DNA of 63,973 nt, counting the filler, from Vicugna vicugna (taxonomy: Eukaryota), in the NCBI GenBank assembly GCA_013265495.1. It is 85 parts of 85 records of this genome, joined end to end, with 100 filler letters (N's around TTAATTAATTAA, not from the genome) between each part and the next. Parts side by side here need not be neighbours in the genome. Positions count along the whole stretch, not along the records: positions 1 to 542 come from MU057814.1; positions 643 to 1,060 come from PNXW01001935.1; positions 1,161 to 1,939 come from MU057817.1; positions 2,040 to 2,631 come from PNXW01001938.1; positions 2,732 to 3,470 come from MU057818.1; positions 3,571 to 4,608 come from MU057819.1; positions 4,709 to 5,230 come from PNXW01001947.1; positions 5,331 to 5,820 come from MU057821.1; 77 more parts are not named here. One strand, given 5' to 3'. The notes beneath the pieces were generated by a model that was not told the origin of the DNA, searched no databases, and was given only the letters and a program-made list of their open reading frames with translations. Below are positions 1 through 13,182 of this stretch, one piece after another; within the stretch, counting starts at the first letter, position 1, and each line of letters begins with the position of its first letter. The position numbers were made by a program, and so were the translations under genes.

Positions 1-510
1 GTAAAACTAGCACAGCCACCTGAGAAGAAGGTTTGGCAATTTCTTATAAAATTAAACACCTATTCAATGACCCAGAGATTCCAGGTCTAGATATTTATTC
101 AAGAGAAAAGAAAGCAAATGTCCACATGAGTAATTTTACATGGACAGTCACAGTAGGGTTAATTATAACACCCTAAACTGGAAACAACAGTGATGCACAT
201 CACCGAAAANNNNNNNNNNNNNNNNNNNNNNNNNNNNNNNNNNNNNNNNNNNNNNNNNNNNNNNNNNNNNNNNNNNNNNNNNNNNNNNNNNNNNNNNNNN
301 NNNNNNNNNNNNNNNNNNNNNNNNNNNNNNNNNNNNNNNNNNNNNNNNNNNNNNNNNNNNNNNNNNTCCAGGGATGTGACTGGAAAGGACCTAAAGAAAT
401 TTGATATGGTGACAGAAATGTTCCAGTTCCAGACTGGGGTGGTGGCGGCATGAGTTTATACATCTGTCAAGCCTCACCAAACTGTACACTTGATATCTGT
501 GAATTTATAA
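1..510 (+). mobile_element. Old LINE-1 (L1M-type) 3' fragment
   Basis: Motifs 'ggtttggcaatttcttataaaattaaacac', 'gacccagagattccaggtctagatatttattcaagagaaa', 'aaactggaaacaac' and 'aaactgtacactt' are typical of the L1 ORF2 end and 3'UTR. Confidence 0.75.
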
Positions 511-542
511 ATTTTACCTCAAAAGTCCTTAAGGCAGCCATC

Positions 543-642
543 NNNNNNNNNNNNNNNNNNNNNNNNNNNNNNNNNNNNNNNNNNNNTTAATTAATTAANN
601 NNNNNNNNNNNNNNNNNNNNNNNNNNNNNNNNNNNNNNNNNN
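543..642. other. Artificial scaffold-joining spacer N44-TTAATTAATTAA-N44 (first of ~84 copies; last core at 63804)
   Basis: N at 543-586, TTAATTAATTAA at 587-598, N at 599-642, total 100 nt. The same structure recurs every 0.3-1.3 kb. The 12-mer is palindromic and gives TAA stops in all six frames. Confidence 0.99.
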
Positions 643-1060
643 TCGGCAGCGCTTGGGTTCTAACGGAAAGCCTAAGCTCATCTCCCCAGAGAATTTTCCA
701 GATTTCTCTCTGCCAGGGAAGGCTAGGGGGGTTTGCAGGATATCCCAGTGTCAGAGGATGCCTCCCCAAGGTCAGGGAAGGTATTTCTCGGACTTCCCCG
801 AACAGGGAACACCTGTGACTGAAGAAAGCTTCGTGAAGTTGTCTCTCGAGCTCCGCAACGCACTGACAATCGTTCCGGATTCCTGAGCGTGGGGAGGTTC
901 CACCAAAGGTCGGCAGCGCGTGGGTTCTAACGGAATGACTAAGCTCACCTCCCTTGAGGGTTTTCCTAATATCTTTGTGCCAGGGAATCCAAGGGGTGTT
1001 TGCAGAATATCCCATTGACAGAGGCTGCCTACCCAAGGTCAGGGAAGTTATTTCTCGGAC
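643..1060. repeat. Satellite A (267-bp GC-rich monomer)
   Basis: 'tcggcagcgc(g/t)tgggttctaacggaa' occurs at 643 and 910, a period of 267. Confidence 0.95.
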
Positions 1061-1169
1061 NNNNNNNNNNNNNNNNNNNNNNNNNNNNNNNNNNNNNNNN
1101 NNNNTTAATTAATTAANNNNNNNNNNNNNNNNNNNNNNNNNNNNNNNNNNNNNNNNNNNNGGCTAGAGG

Positions 1170-1660
1170 GTGGCCAGGCCTCAGGTCCCAGGCGAGCCCC
1201 TGGGATGTACCGCATCAAGTGAGGGTCCTTGGCTTCACACAGGAAAGAACTACAGAGCGAGCCACAGGTGAGTAAAAGTAGACTTACTCAGAGAGCTGCA
1301 CGCTGCATAGACAGAGCGCGGGCTGACTCAAAAGGCAAGAAACGAGGCCACGGGCTGCGGGGTTGTTAGTTTTATGGGCCTGGTAACTTCACATGCTGAC
1401 GAGTGGGAGGCCTATTCCAACTCCTTGGGAAAGGGGCGGGGATTCCCAGGAATGGGGCCATCACCTACTTTTTAATCTTGGATGGGCAGCCTTGAAACTG
1501 TCCCGGCAGCTGTGGGAGGGCCATTTAGCAGCTATTGTACTTCAATGAGCTGACACAGAAGCTGGAGGTCGACTGGGAGTCGAATGCTCCACCTTCTTGG
1601 TGCTGATGGCTGCTGTGTGTTCTTTTAGTGCCTGTGCCCTGCCCCCTCCCTCCTGTCTCA
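1170..1660 (-). mobile_element. ERV1-type solo LTR fragment
   Basis: Ends in 'ctcctgtctca', the reverse of a TGAGACAGGAG LTR start. Internal 'gggtccttggcttcacacaggaaagaa...gagcgagccacag' resembles laurasiatherian ERV1 LTRs. The left boundary is approximate. Confidence 0.7.
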
Positions 1661-2039
1661 CAAGGTGTTAGAAAAATGCCCAGGCCCTTCAGGATCTCCC
1701 ATCCTCCCACTGGAGGTCCAGGAAAAGGGGGAGATTCTCTTCCCAAAGCTCATGCACAAGAAAGGAGGCNNNNNNNNNNNNNNNNGCACCCCCTGGATCT
1801 GGCCGCATCCCCAGCCCCAAACAATGCCTGTGCCAGGAGGAGGGGGACCAGCGGGACAGAGCCGCCCACGGAGACGAAGAATCTTTGACTTGGTGGGGGG
1901 GGCATTGTTTCACAAAAGGCAGGGGAGGGGTAGGCGTGGNNNNNNNNNNNNNNNNNNNNNNNNNNNNNNNNNNNNNNNNNNNNTTAATTAATTAANNNNN
2001 NNNNNNNNNNNNNNNNNNNNNNNNNNNNNNNNNNNNNNN

Positions 2040-2631
2040 AATGAAAAGCATCTTTTTTCCCACAAAACTTGGTGTTTTTTTTTTTTCACACACACTTCTC
2101 TATAATAATTGAGCATGTTTATTTTCATTCGTCTATCTAGCATTAAGTGAATTTTTTTCAATTTTAACACTTACTCTTGTTTCTGATTTTGTTTCCGAAA
2201 CTGCTTAGACGTTCATTCATTTTTCACTGTTAAAAATATTTCGAGTTATTACCTCCCAATACATATCTATATAGTTTTTTTCCAGTAGAAAAAACTATGT
2301 GTTCACAACATGCTTTGTGATTCACGGATTTCGCACAAACTTTATTCTCAGAGTTCATCATTTGAGCAGACGTCCTTTCATCTAACCTAAAGTGACTGGG
2401 TTGCAGTTGATTCACTTACTCTGGTTTCTCAGTATGTTTTTTGTGTCAACTTGAAGTTCATGCAATTTTCACTGTAAAACAGGGTTGAGCTATTTCCCCC
2501 ATATATATGTATGTAGATTGTTTTCCCAGTGAATTAAACTCTGTGTTCCCTTCAAGCTACTTTATTGATGGCTTCCAGATGGCTTCCACAGTCTGAACTC
2601 TCAGTACTGAGCAAATGGAGTTACGTTTGTT
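2040..2631. repeat. Satellite B, AT-eroded diverged variant (~245-bp period)
   Basis: 'cacttactct(t/g)gtttct' occurs at 2168 and 2413. Shares 'ccccatatatatgta' and 'tgtgttcccttcaagcta' with family B. Confidence 0.85.
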
Positions 2632-2731
2632 NNNNNNNNNNNNNNNNNNNNNNNNNNNNNNNNNNNNNNNNNNNNTTAATTAATTAANNNNNNNNNNNNN
2701 NNNNNNNNNNNNNNNNNNNNNNNNNNNNNNN

Positions 2732-3470
2732 TACATGACGGATTCGACAAAAATACATTCCTGAGTTGAGGTCATTCTGGATTACTAATCTTTTCTCCTC
2801 TATAAAAGTAATATCTTCTTCTAGACACGTGTACACATTTTCTCAAGCTTTCCCTAAAACCAGGTTCGAATTCGTGCATTTTTCACAAAAAAATATTTCT
2901 GGAGCGATTTCCACCTAATAGGTGTGTAATTTACATGAATTCCATCAACATNNNNNNNNNNNNNNNNNNNNNNNNNNNNNNNNNNNNNNNNNNNNNNNNN
3001 NNNNNNNNNNNNNNNNNNNNNNNNNNNNNNNNNNNNNNNNNNNNNNNNNNNNNNNNNNNNNNNNNNNNNNNNNNNNNNNNNNNNNNNNNNNNNNNNNNNN
3101 NNNNNNNNNNNNNNNNNNNNNNNNNNNNNNNNNNNNNNNNNNNNNNNNNNNNNNNNNNNNNNNNNNNNNNNNNNNNNNNNNNNNNNNNNNNNNNNNNNNN
3201 NNNNNNNNNNNNNNNNNNNNNNNNNNNNNNNNNNNNNNNNNNNNNNNNNNNNNNNNNNNNNNNNNNNNNNNNNNNNNNNNNNNNNNNNNNNNNNNNNNNN
3301 NNNCACCAAACAAGTTACCTATGCACTATGAAATATTTATTTTGACTTTGTAGCTTCTGACTATCACCAGTTTCAAGAATCACACTTTGATCCCAGAAAA
3401 ACCCTCTTGGAGAAAATTCTACCGAAGTGATATGTAATTAGAATCGATTCCATCTACATGATATTACGTG
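2732..3470. repeat. Satellite C (reverse orientation relative to 28511-29354)
   Basis: Reverse complements of C motifs: 'ggagcgatttccacctaa', 'aagctttccctaa', 'caagaatcacactttgatcccag'. Confidence 0.9.
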
Positions 3471-3570
3471 NNNNNNNNNNNNNNNNNNNNNNNNNNNNNN
3501 NNNNNNNNNNNNNNTTAATTAATTAANNNNNNNNNNNNNNNNNNNNNNNNNNNNNNNNNNNNNNNNNNNN

Positions 3571-4608
3571 AACATGGAATGTAGAACACAGAATTTAGAA
3601 TATAGAATACATAATTCTGAATATCGAATTTAAAATATAGAATGTAGAACACACAATATGGAATGTAGAATACGGAATGCAGAATATTGAATACAGAATA
3701 TAGAATGTAGAAAACAGAATATAGAATATAGATTTCGGAATGCAGAATATAGAATATAGAATATAGAATGATGAACACAGAATATAGTATACAGAGTAGA
3801 GAATATAAAATATAGAACGCAGAATTTAGAACATGGAAACAGAATTCAGTATTTAGAATATAGAATACAGAATACTGAATATAGATTTTAGAATATGGAA
3901 TGTAGAACCCAGAATATACAATTTAGAATATGGAATACTGCATATAGAATTTAGAATAAAGAATGTAGAACACAGAATAAAGAAAATAGAGTAAAGAATA
4001 TAGAACCCAGAATTAAGAACATTGAATTCAGAACACAGAATTTAGAATATAGAATACAGAATACTGAATATAAAATTTAGAATATAGAACGTAGAACACA
4101 GAGTATAGTATATAGAATACGGAATACTGAACATAGAATTTAGATTATACAATGTNNNNNNNNNNNNNNNNNNNNNNNNNNNNNNNNNNNNNNNNNNNNN
4201 NNNNNNNNNNNNNNNNNNNNNNNNNNNNNNNNNNNNNNNNNNNNNNNNNNNNNNNNNNNNNNNNNNNNNNNNNNNNNNNNNNNNNNNNNNNNNNNNNNNN
4301 NNNNNNNNNNNNNNNNNNNNNNNNNNNNNNNNNNNNNNNNNNNNNNNNNNNNNNNNNNNNNNNNNNNNNNNNNNNNNNNNNNNNNNNNNNNNNNNNNNAA
4401 CACAGAATTTAGAATATAGAATACATAGAACTGAATATAGAATTTAGAATATAGAATGCAGAACACAGAATTTAGAATATAGAACTCAGAATGCTGAATA
4501 TAGTATTTAGAATATCGAATGTTGAACTCAGAATATAGAAAATAGAAAAGAGTATATAGAACACAGAATTTAGGACATGGAATTTAGAACACAAAATTTA
4601 GAATATAG
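3571..4608. repeat. Satellite E (7-bp AGAATAT-based complex satellite)
   Basis: Strings of heptamers AGAATAT, AGAATTT, AGAACAC, GGAATGC, TGAATAT. Confidence 0.95.
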
Positions 4609-4708
4609 NNNNNNNNNNNNNNNNNNNNNNNNNNNNNNNNNNNNNNNNNNNNTTAATTAATTAANNNNNNNNNNNNNNNNNNNNNNNNNNNNNNNNNNNN
4701 NNNNNNNN

Positions 4709-5080
4709 CAGGAGTGTTAGAGACAAAGATTTTATGCCACAGAGTTGTCCCTGCAGGAAATCTTACTATCAAATTTATTTTGAGAACCCGACCTTACAAA
4801 GGGGAATAGATCTTTCAAAAAAAAATTAAAAACAGAAATGAAAAGAAAAAGAAATGACAGATTGCCAGCCTCCAACTATTACCCCAGCCAGGTTTATTTA
4901 CATGCAAAACTTACAACATTAATTGGGAATAAGAAAAGAATAACTCACTTTGAAAGTAACTAAACAGGCCTAATAAAAACATCTTTTGGAATTCTGAACT
5001 TATAAAAACAAAATCCCCTTTATGGACTTGGATTTCCTGTGTCCTTGAAATGTAAATGTTTTATCTTTCTCTTGTTGTTT
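4709..5080. mobile_element. Possible ERV internal or LTR fragment
   Basis: 'ccagccaggtttatttacatgcaaaac' and 'cctgtgtccttgaaatgtaaatgtttt' resemble ERV1 internal sequence. Weak recognition. Confidence 0.35.
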
Positions 5081-5330
5081 TAAGTGTGTGTATGTATGTG
5101 TATATATGCGTACTTTTTTTTAAAAGAAAACTTTGACTCTGCCATACAAAAGTTACAAATATTCTGTACATATGTTGGCCAAGTGAATAAATTGGGATTC
5201 TAAGCAATTCTTTGTACAAATTTTCAGATANNNNNNNNNNNNNNNNNNNNNNNNNNNNNNNNNNNNNNNNNNNNTTAATTAATTAANNNNNNNNNNNNNN
5301 NNNNNNNNNNNNNNNNNNNNNNNNNNNNNN

Positions 5331-6237
5331 CAAACCTCCCCACCACACAAGGTTGTGTTCCAGTATCCTGAGTGTCGGGTAGTTCCTCCAACTGACATCA
5401 ACTTCTTGGTTTTAATAGAATCCCTTTGCTTGTCTTCGCTGATGGTTTGCCTAGGCCAGTGTGTGGTTGAAAGTGGGATTTGGGCTCNNNNNNNNNNNNN
5501 NNNNNNNNNNNNNNNNNNNNNNNNNNNNNNNNNNNNNNNNNNNNNNNNNNNNNNNNNNNNNNNNNNNNNNNNNNNNNNNNNNNNNNNNNNNNNNNNNNNN
5601 NNNNNNNNNNNNNNNNNNNNNNNNNNNNNNNNNNNNNNNNNNNNNNNNNNNNNNNNNNNNNNNNNNNNNNNNNNNNNNNNNNNNNNNNNNNNNNNNNNNN
5701 NNNNNNNNNNNNNNNNNNNNNNNNNNNNNNNNNNNNNNNNNNNNNNNNNNNNNNNNNNNNNNNNNNNNNTCTATCTTTTGGCAGTGGAGGTGGTTAAAGT
5801 ATATTCCCAACCTGGGAACANNNNNNNNNNNNNNNNNNNNNNNNNNNNNNNNNNNNNNNNNNNNTTAATTAATTAANNNNNNNNNNNNNNNNNNNNNNNN
5901 NNNNNNNNNNNNNNNNNNNNATCTGCATGGAGTGGGGCTCCACACCTCCCCACCACACAAGGTTCGGTTCCAGATTACTGAGTGTTGGGTAGTATCTTCA
6001 AGTGACATCAGCTTCTTGGTTTTAATAGAATCATTTTGCTTGTCTTCCCTGATTGTTTGCCTAGGCCAGAGTGTGGTTGAATGTTGGATTTGGGCTCTAA
6101 TATCAAGAATCAGCGTGTGCCTCTCCATGGGAAGTGGAGATGTTTAACCTAAAACCGACAACCTTGGAATTACTGTGCTCCCTGAAATATGTGTGTGCTT
6201 TGTTTCCCCACCTCCAGCACACACGCGAAGTTTTCTG
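5331..6237. repeat. Satellite D (diverged 267-bp family), two separate scaffolds
   Basis: 5331-5487 and 5941-6098 are close copies ('cctccccaccacacaaggtt...tgacatca.cttcttggttttaatagaatc'). Both match 14530-15369 and 34690-35299. Confidence 0.9.
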
Positions 6238-6422
6238 NNNNNNNNNNNNNNNNNNNNNNNNNNNNNNNNNNNNNNNNNNNNTTAATTAATTAANNNNNNN
6301 NNNNNNNNNNNNNNNNNNNNNNNNNNNNNNNNNNNNNTTTTACTTTTGTTCTTTCTGTGTTCTGTCGTAAACCCAGATGACTGTTCTTAAACTTTATTAG
6401 CCCCTTACGTACCCAGGTAAGG

Positions 6423-6474
<52 letters not shown>
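6423..6474. repeat. (GATA)13 microsatellite
   Basis: Thirteen perfect GATA units followed by degenerate units. Confidence 0.97.
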
Positions 6475-6477
<3 letters not shown>

Positions 6478-8621
6478 GATAAATAGATAGATATTGATAT
6501 CAGATTGCATGCTATTTGGTTTAACCCAACAAAAATTAAACTTAAAAGCAAATAATGTAAAACATGCAAAGAAGAGAGTCAAGGAGAATAATCAGTGATT
6601 CGCAGGCAGAGAACTAGTAGACATGAAACGTTAAGTCTGAGAAAAGAATGTAAATCACTGGTGAAAGTCAGATTTTCATCACCAACAGTTAAAANNNNNN
6701 NNNNNNNNNNNNNNNNNNNNNNNNNNNNNNNNNNNNNNTTAATTAATTAANNNNNNNNNNNNNNNNNNNNNNNNNNNNNNNNNNNNNNNNNNNNTTATTT
6801 CATCCTTAAAGGAAACTCATATACACTTAAGGAGCCATAATTTTTCTAAAGATAAGTTTATTTCTGTTCTACTTTAAAATAAGGCATTTCAGAGATTTAC
6901 TGGTTTCCACAGCAAGTGTCTAGCTGTATTTTATAATAAATGAGCATAAACGCAAGACTGCAATGGAAATTATTCCTTTGTGATTTTTAAGTGAAGAAAT
7001 TCCAGAAATAAGTAGACCCAAAAGAAGTGTATAGACATGCAACAGAGTGTGACCCATTGTGCTGCCTGGCAATATCACTGTGACATCAAGGGTTTGGAGA
7101 CGTTTCATAATAACCTAAAAGAGTATAAGCCAGCAAGACAGTCACCAAAACCTCAAGAATTTTAGCAATTTTAGTTAAGCAAAGTTTCCATTGCTTTGAT
7201 CTCCATCTCAAGCACTGAAGGAAGTCTGGCACTGCCATCTTGCACTATAATTGTTATTATGACATCTTACCCTGATGGTGGTCCTGNNNNNNNNNNNNNN
7301 NNNNNNNNNNNNNNNNNNNNNNNNNNNNNNNNNNNNNNNNNNNNNNNNNNNAGGGAAAATCGGGCAAACTCTGAGAGCTAAGCCAACAATGCTAGGAGGG
7401 TAGTTACCAGGCTGACCTCTGTCCAGGTGATAATTTACATTAGCATTCCATCAGGAGGAGGAACGGNNNNNNNNNNNNNNNNNNNNNNNNNNNNNNNNNN
7501 NNNNNNNNNNTTAATTAATTAANNNNNNNNNNNNNNNNNNNNNNNNNNNNNNNNNNNNNNNNNNNNCCGACAGCCAGCATGCAATCTTAGGACATCAGAA
7601 ACACCGCCAGGAACTTCCAAATGAACTCCTTACGAAGGGAAAGGCTTATCATGGTGTATGGGACAGAGCAGGGAAATGTTCATCATCACTTTGTCCCTGT
7701 GATTAAGTCAACGGCCCCACTTTGCCTTGGAAGTACAGACGAGCTCTTCTGGGCTGCCTACCCCCCCAACTTCAGCTCTGATTCCCGTGTATCTATCGTG
7801 CTATTCCTCGGGCAGAAGAGGGTGAGATGCCTTTGCCGACAGGTGGTCCCCCTTTGCTGGGGAGAGTGAGGTGAGCTGTGTCCCCCCGGCCTACGGCCTC
7901 GGGCCTTGAGTCTGGAGAGCGCTCATGGCGGTCCCACAGGTGACGGTCTGAGGAATTGGCACGTGCTGCCGGGCCCGCTGTGAAAGCAGTGCTCTGTGAT
8001 TCTTGAACTTACCTAAGATCAGATCCTACTTTCTGGTTGTTGGTAAGTTGGAGGAGAAAATGCTAGAGAATTGATAAAAGAATGTCCAGACCAACTCTGT
8101 CAGTGAGAGGCACATTGTACCCGAGTTCCTCCTGTGAGAGCCCAACTAGCGAGCTCTGGATGAATTTCCTGTTCCTCCCGGACATACCTCTATGGCTTAA
8201 GGAAGGGGCAAGGCATGTCGTGGCCATGATCTGTACTTGTCCTCACAGGGCCCTGTGATCTACATGCCCGCACTCCCCTTCTGCTTCTTGGAAATGAGCT
8301 GTCATGTTTAGGATCCTGGGCACTGCTGGTGGCATAGCTGCCAGCACTGTGCTACACCGAGGCTGGCTCCGTTCTCTTCACATGTCACCTCCTGCTGAGG
8401 CCCCAGGCATCAGTCAAGGTAGGTGCAACAGCACAACGTAAGCAGCGACAACCTTCTCCCCCTGGACAGGCTGGTCGGTGAGCAGTGGAAGCCTGGAGCC
8501 CTGCCCCAGCCCCCAAGCCAGNNNNNNNNNNNNNNNNNNNNNNNNNNNNNNNNNNNNNNNNNNNNTTAATTAATTAANNNNNNNNNNNNNNNNNNNNNNN
8601 NNNNNNNNNNNNNNNNNNNNN

Positions 8622-8937
8622 AGTGAAGCCATCTGGTCGTGGACTTTTATCTGTAGGGAGGTTTTTATTGCTAATTTGATTTCATGCCTAGTGATCAGTT
8701 TGTTCAAGAGCTCAGTTTCTTCTTGATTCCATCTTGGTGGACTGTATATTTCCAGAAACTTGTCCATTTCTTCTAGGTTTTTCACTTTGTTTCTATGTAG
8801 TTGTTCATAGTATCTCATATGATATTTTGTATTTCTGTGATATTGGTGGTCCTGGATTTTTGTTTGTAGGAAGTTCCAAAATTTACTGATTCTTACTAGT
8901 TACCAGTCTGCTTTGGAGCTCTCTGGGCTTCCTGTAA
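8622..8937 (-). mobile_element. LINE-1 ORF2 fragment(s)
   Basis: Minus ORF 'RYYEQLHRNKVKNLEEMDKFLEIYSPPRWNQEETELLNKLIT' matches the L1 ORF2 motif YYEQLYANKLENLEEMDKFL. Confidence 0.92.
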
Positions 8938-9214
8938 NNNNNNNNNNNNNNNNNNNNNNNNNNNNNNNNNNNNNNNNNNNNNNNNNNNNNNNNNNNNNNN
9001 NNNNNNNNNNNNNNNNNNNNNNNNNNNNNNNNNNNNNNNNNNNNNNNNNNNNNNNNNNNNNNNNNNNNNNNNNNNNNNNNNNNNNNNNNNNNNNNNNNNN
9101 NNNNNNNNNNNNNNNNNNNNNNNNNNNNNNNNNNNNNNNNNNNNNNNNNNNNNNNNNNNNNNNNNNNNNNNNNNNNNNNNNNNNNNNNNNNNNNNNNNNN
9201 NNNNNNNNNNNNNN

Positions 9215-9489
9215 CAATTATTGTTACTTCTGTGACTTCTGTTAGGAACTTTCTTATATTTTCTAACTCTTTGTTGAAGTTCTCACTGTGTTCATCCATT
9301 ATTATTCTGAGTTCAGTGGGCTTTATATAAGTGTACTTTGAATTCTTCATAAGGCCAATTACTTTTCTTCATTTCATTGTTTTTTTTCCTGAGGTTTTAT
9401 CTTGTTCTTTCATTTGAAACATTGTCCACAGTCTTCTGTTTTTCTCATTTCACTTGACTCTCTGTGTTGGTTTCTATGCATTAAGTAAA
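9215..9489 (-). mobile_element. LINE-1 ORF1 (coiled-coil region) fragment
   Basis: 'MDEHSENFNKELENIRK' is a typical laurasiatherian L1 ORF1 motif. Confidence 0.8.
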
Positions 9490-10244
9490 NNNNNNNNNNN
9501 NNNNNNNNNNNNNNNNNNNNNNNNNNNNNNNNNTTAATTAATTAANNNNNNNNNNNNNNNNNNNNNNNNNNNNNNNNNNNNNNNNNNNNCTCGTTGATCT
9601 TACTCATTCCCCATTAAGCGGCAGCTCTCACGGGCACTTACATAGTAAACAGGTGTCGGCCATAATCATCACGCACTTTACTTGGTAGTTTTATTGGCCT
9701 CACATTTGAGATGAGGTCATTGAAGCTGGGGAGTTTGCTGCATGCCCGTGATTACCTTGGAAATACCCCNNNNNNNNNNNNNNNNNNNNNNNNNNNNNNN
9801 NNNNNNNNNNNNNNNNNNNNNNNNNNNNNNNNNNNNNNNNNNNNNNNNNNNNNNNNNNNNNNNNNNNNNNNNNNNNNNNNNNNNNNNNNNNNNNNNNNNN
9901 NNNNNNNNNNNNNNNNNNNNNNNNNNNNNNNNNNNNNNNNNNNNNNNNNNNCTGGGGGAGTGTACCCTTTATCACTCACCCCACTCAAGGCCTGTCACAT
10001 CCTCCCTGCAGACTCCGTGTTCAGAAGCCACTCTNNNNNNNNNNNNNNNNNNNNNNNNNNNNNNNNNNNNNNNNNNNNTTAATTAATTAANNNNNNNNNN
10101 NNNNNNNNNNNNNNNNNNNNNNNNNNNNNNNNNNGTTTTTCACATATATTTTTGAAATATTGAGGGATTATGGTATCTTGCATTCTTTAACAAATTCTTA
10201 AAAGCTTTATGATATTATCATCTATAACTTTTATCGTGGGTTGG

Positions 10245-10625
10245 TTTATTTCAGCACAACAGCTATTTTTTGAGCACTTACTCTGTACTAATGATTTGGT
10301 CCCTGAGGGGATTGTACAAATGGGGGAATAAAGCCACTTTTAGTTAGAAGACGGTAAGTGCTGTGATGAGTAGGACGTTACAAGAGAAACCAAACATAGG
10401 TCAGAGAGGTTAGAAAAAGTTTCCTAAAGGAGATGAAACTTGAGTCATGTTTTGAAAGATGAGTAGGACTTAGTCAGAAGGTGGAACAGGGCATTTCAGG
10501 TAAAGGGAGCCAAAGACACATGGGAAGGAACATGCTGCTTGTGAGGAACTGCAAGTCACAGGACCCTCAGGAGGCACGCTGTCATGGGGAGAGGACAGGA
10601 AATATGAGGGCAGTGGGCTGGGTCA
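10245..10625 (-). mobile_element. L2 LINE fragment
   Basis: 'tttttgagcacttactctgtac', 'ggtaagtgctgtgatg', 'gtttcctaaaggagatgaaacttgagtcatgttttgaaagatgagtagga'. Confidence 0.65.
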
Positions 10626-11181
10626 GTCCATTTACTTTACTTGGTTAGTGTGATCAAATCACAATGTGCCAGCATTTTCAAACTGTGTTCCACTGCTTGT
10701 TAGTAGATGTTATTTTGGGGAAAACAAGAGATCATGAGTCAAACGCTTACGGGCCATGTTTTGTTATACAATATTGTGTGTTTCTTTACTTCAAGTCTTT
10801 TTGGGACCTTTATTATGTCAATGGCCTTTGTGATTTTGCAAGAGGAGGACACAGCATGAAGCGTTTTCTAAACTTACTTGGACATAGATCATCTTGTAGC
10901 TTTTGTGTTTCATCTTGCAGGATTAGATTTGAAGCCTAAACTTATTTCAGCAGGACATCTTGCAGGATTTGCATTTCATGGAAAACCCTATTGGCAAAAG
11001 TGCATTCTAGTAGAAAAGTAGAGGAAGAATGTGAAGGGGGAAAATTAGATGGAGGCAGATTACTTATGATCTCATTGTCATNNNNNNNNNNNNNNNNNNN
11101 NNNNNNNNNNNNNNNNNNNNNNNNNTTAATTAATTAANNNNNNNNNNNNNNNNNNNNNNNNNNNNNNNNNNNNNNNNNNNN

Positions 11182-11734
11182 ACAGTAACTCAATACAAAA
11201 ACAAAATTCAGATAGCAGTTTAGTGAATTTATCAATAAATTAAATGCTGATAAGTAATACATTACCAAAGAGGCTGGAACTAAAAAATATCCAAACAATA
11301 TTGGAGGACCAGATGAAGTTAATATCTGAGATAGATGAAGCATGCAACAGGAAGCATTGGGAGCAGACTGCCTTTGTGGAAGTGAGTTTAGCAAACTCAC
11401 CATTACAAAACTAAAAATGATAGAGGAGCGCAGAGATACAAGATATTAAAAAGTGAGGAAATTCTACATTAGCCATCAGACTTCTTCAGGAAATGCACTT
11501 TAGAGTGAAATCCTGGAGGGAGAAGAAAATTAAAAGTTAGCTGATGGTTTATTTAAAGAAGTAATAGTTGATAACTTCCTGAACCTGTGTAAGGAACTGA
11601 TATACAAGTCCATGTGCCAACAAAACACCAATAACTTTAAGGCAAAGAGAACTCCTTCAAAGGCAAAGAGAACTCCTTCAGGATACGTTATATGCAAATT
11701 GGCTAGTCAATGACAGAGTAAAATTTTAAAGGCA
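11182..11734 (+). mobile_element. Degenerate LINE-1 ORF1 fragment
   Basis: 'ttatttaaagaagtaatagttgataacttcctgaacctg' (LFKEVIVDNFLNL, cf. L1 FEEIIAENFPNL) and 'aaaattttaaaggca' (KILKA). Confidence 0.75.
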
Positions 11735-12739
11735 NNNNNNNNNNNNNNNNNNNNNNNNNNNNNNNNNNNNNNNNNNNNTTAATTAATTAANNNNNNNNNN
11801 NNNNNNNNNNNNNNNNNNNNNNNNNNNNNNNNNNCTCTCTTTCTCTCTATATATATCTCAGTACATTTTATACATGTTCAAATGTATAGTGTGTATTATA
11901 TGTAAAGCGAACATACGCAATATGCTCCTATTTCACAAAGCATATTTTATAATTTTCAAATGTATAAGTGTTCAAATACAAAGTATGTTTATACATATGT
12001 ATACATAAAGTATTTCATATATATATATACATCTTTATACACCTTTTATATAAAAATATTGAAAACATACTATACATTTGAANNNNNNNNNNNNNNNNNN
12101 NNNNNNNNNNNNNNNNNNNNNNNNNNNNNNNNNNNNNNNNNNNNNNNNNNNNNNNNNNNNNNNNNNNNNNNNNNNNNNNNNNNNNNNNNNNNNNNNNNNN
12201 NNNNNNNNNNNNNNNNNNNNNNNNNNNNNNNNNNNNNNNNNNNNNNNNNNNNNNNNNNNNNNNNNNNNNNNNNNNNNNNNNNNNNNNNNNNNNNNNNNNN
12301 NNNNNNNNNNNNNNNNNNNNNNNNNNNNNNNNNNNNNNNNNNNNNNNNNNNNNNNNNNNNNNNNNNNNNNNNNNNNNNNNNNNNNNNNNNNNNNNNNNNN
12401 NNNNNNNNNNNNNNNNNNNNNNNNNNNNNNNNNNNNNNNNNNNNNNNNNNNNNNNNNNNNNNNNNNNNNNNNNNNAAATACCAAGTTTAAACAACTTGTA
12501 TTATACTATAATGCATACAATTTATATTATGATATCATATAACCCATATTCCTGGAATCATAATGCGGTGATATAAAAATGACTCGCAAGTTGCTTTAAG
12601 ATAATTTGACCAACTTTATTGACTTCTTTATTTCCATGANNNNNNNNNNNNNNNNNNNNNNNNNNNNNNNNNNNNNNNNNNNNTTAATTAATTAANNNNN
12701 NNNNNNNNNNNNNNNNNNNNNNNNNNNNNNNNNNNNNNN

Positions 12740-13182
12740 AACACAGAATATAGGTTATAGACTATGGAATGCAGAATATAGAATGTAGAATGTAGAATAA
12801 TGAGCATAAAATATAGAATAGAGAATGTAGAACACAAAATTTAGAACATGGAATGCAGAACACAGAATTTAGAATATTCAATACCGAATACTGAATATAG
12901 AATATGAATATACAATTTAGAAAGCAGAATTTTGCATATAGAATACAGAATACTGAATATAGTATTTAGAATATACAATGTAGAACACAGAATATAGAAT
13001 ATAGAATACGGAATGCAGAATATACAATTCAGAATATAGAATGTAGAACACAGAATATAGAATATGGAAAAAAGAATACAAAACCCAGAAAGAATGTATA
13101 ATATAGAACACAGAATATAGAATATAGAATAGAGTAAATAGACCCCAGAATTTAGAACATGGAATGCAGAACACAAAATTTA
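12740..13182. repeat. Satellite E
   Basis: Array of AGAATAT-type heptamers. Confidence 0.95.

Noticed and set aside
11640..11682. 21-bp tandem duplication in an L1 fragment (similar ~23-bp case near 33048-33092)
   Set aside because: Ordinary slippage or assembly overlap in dead repeats.
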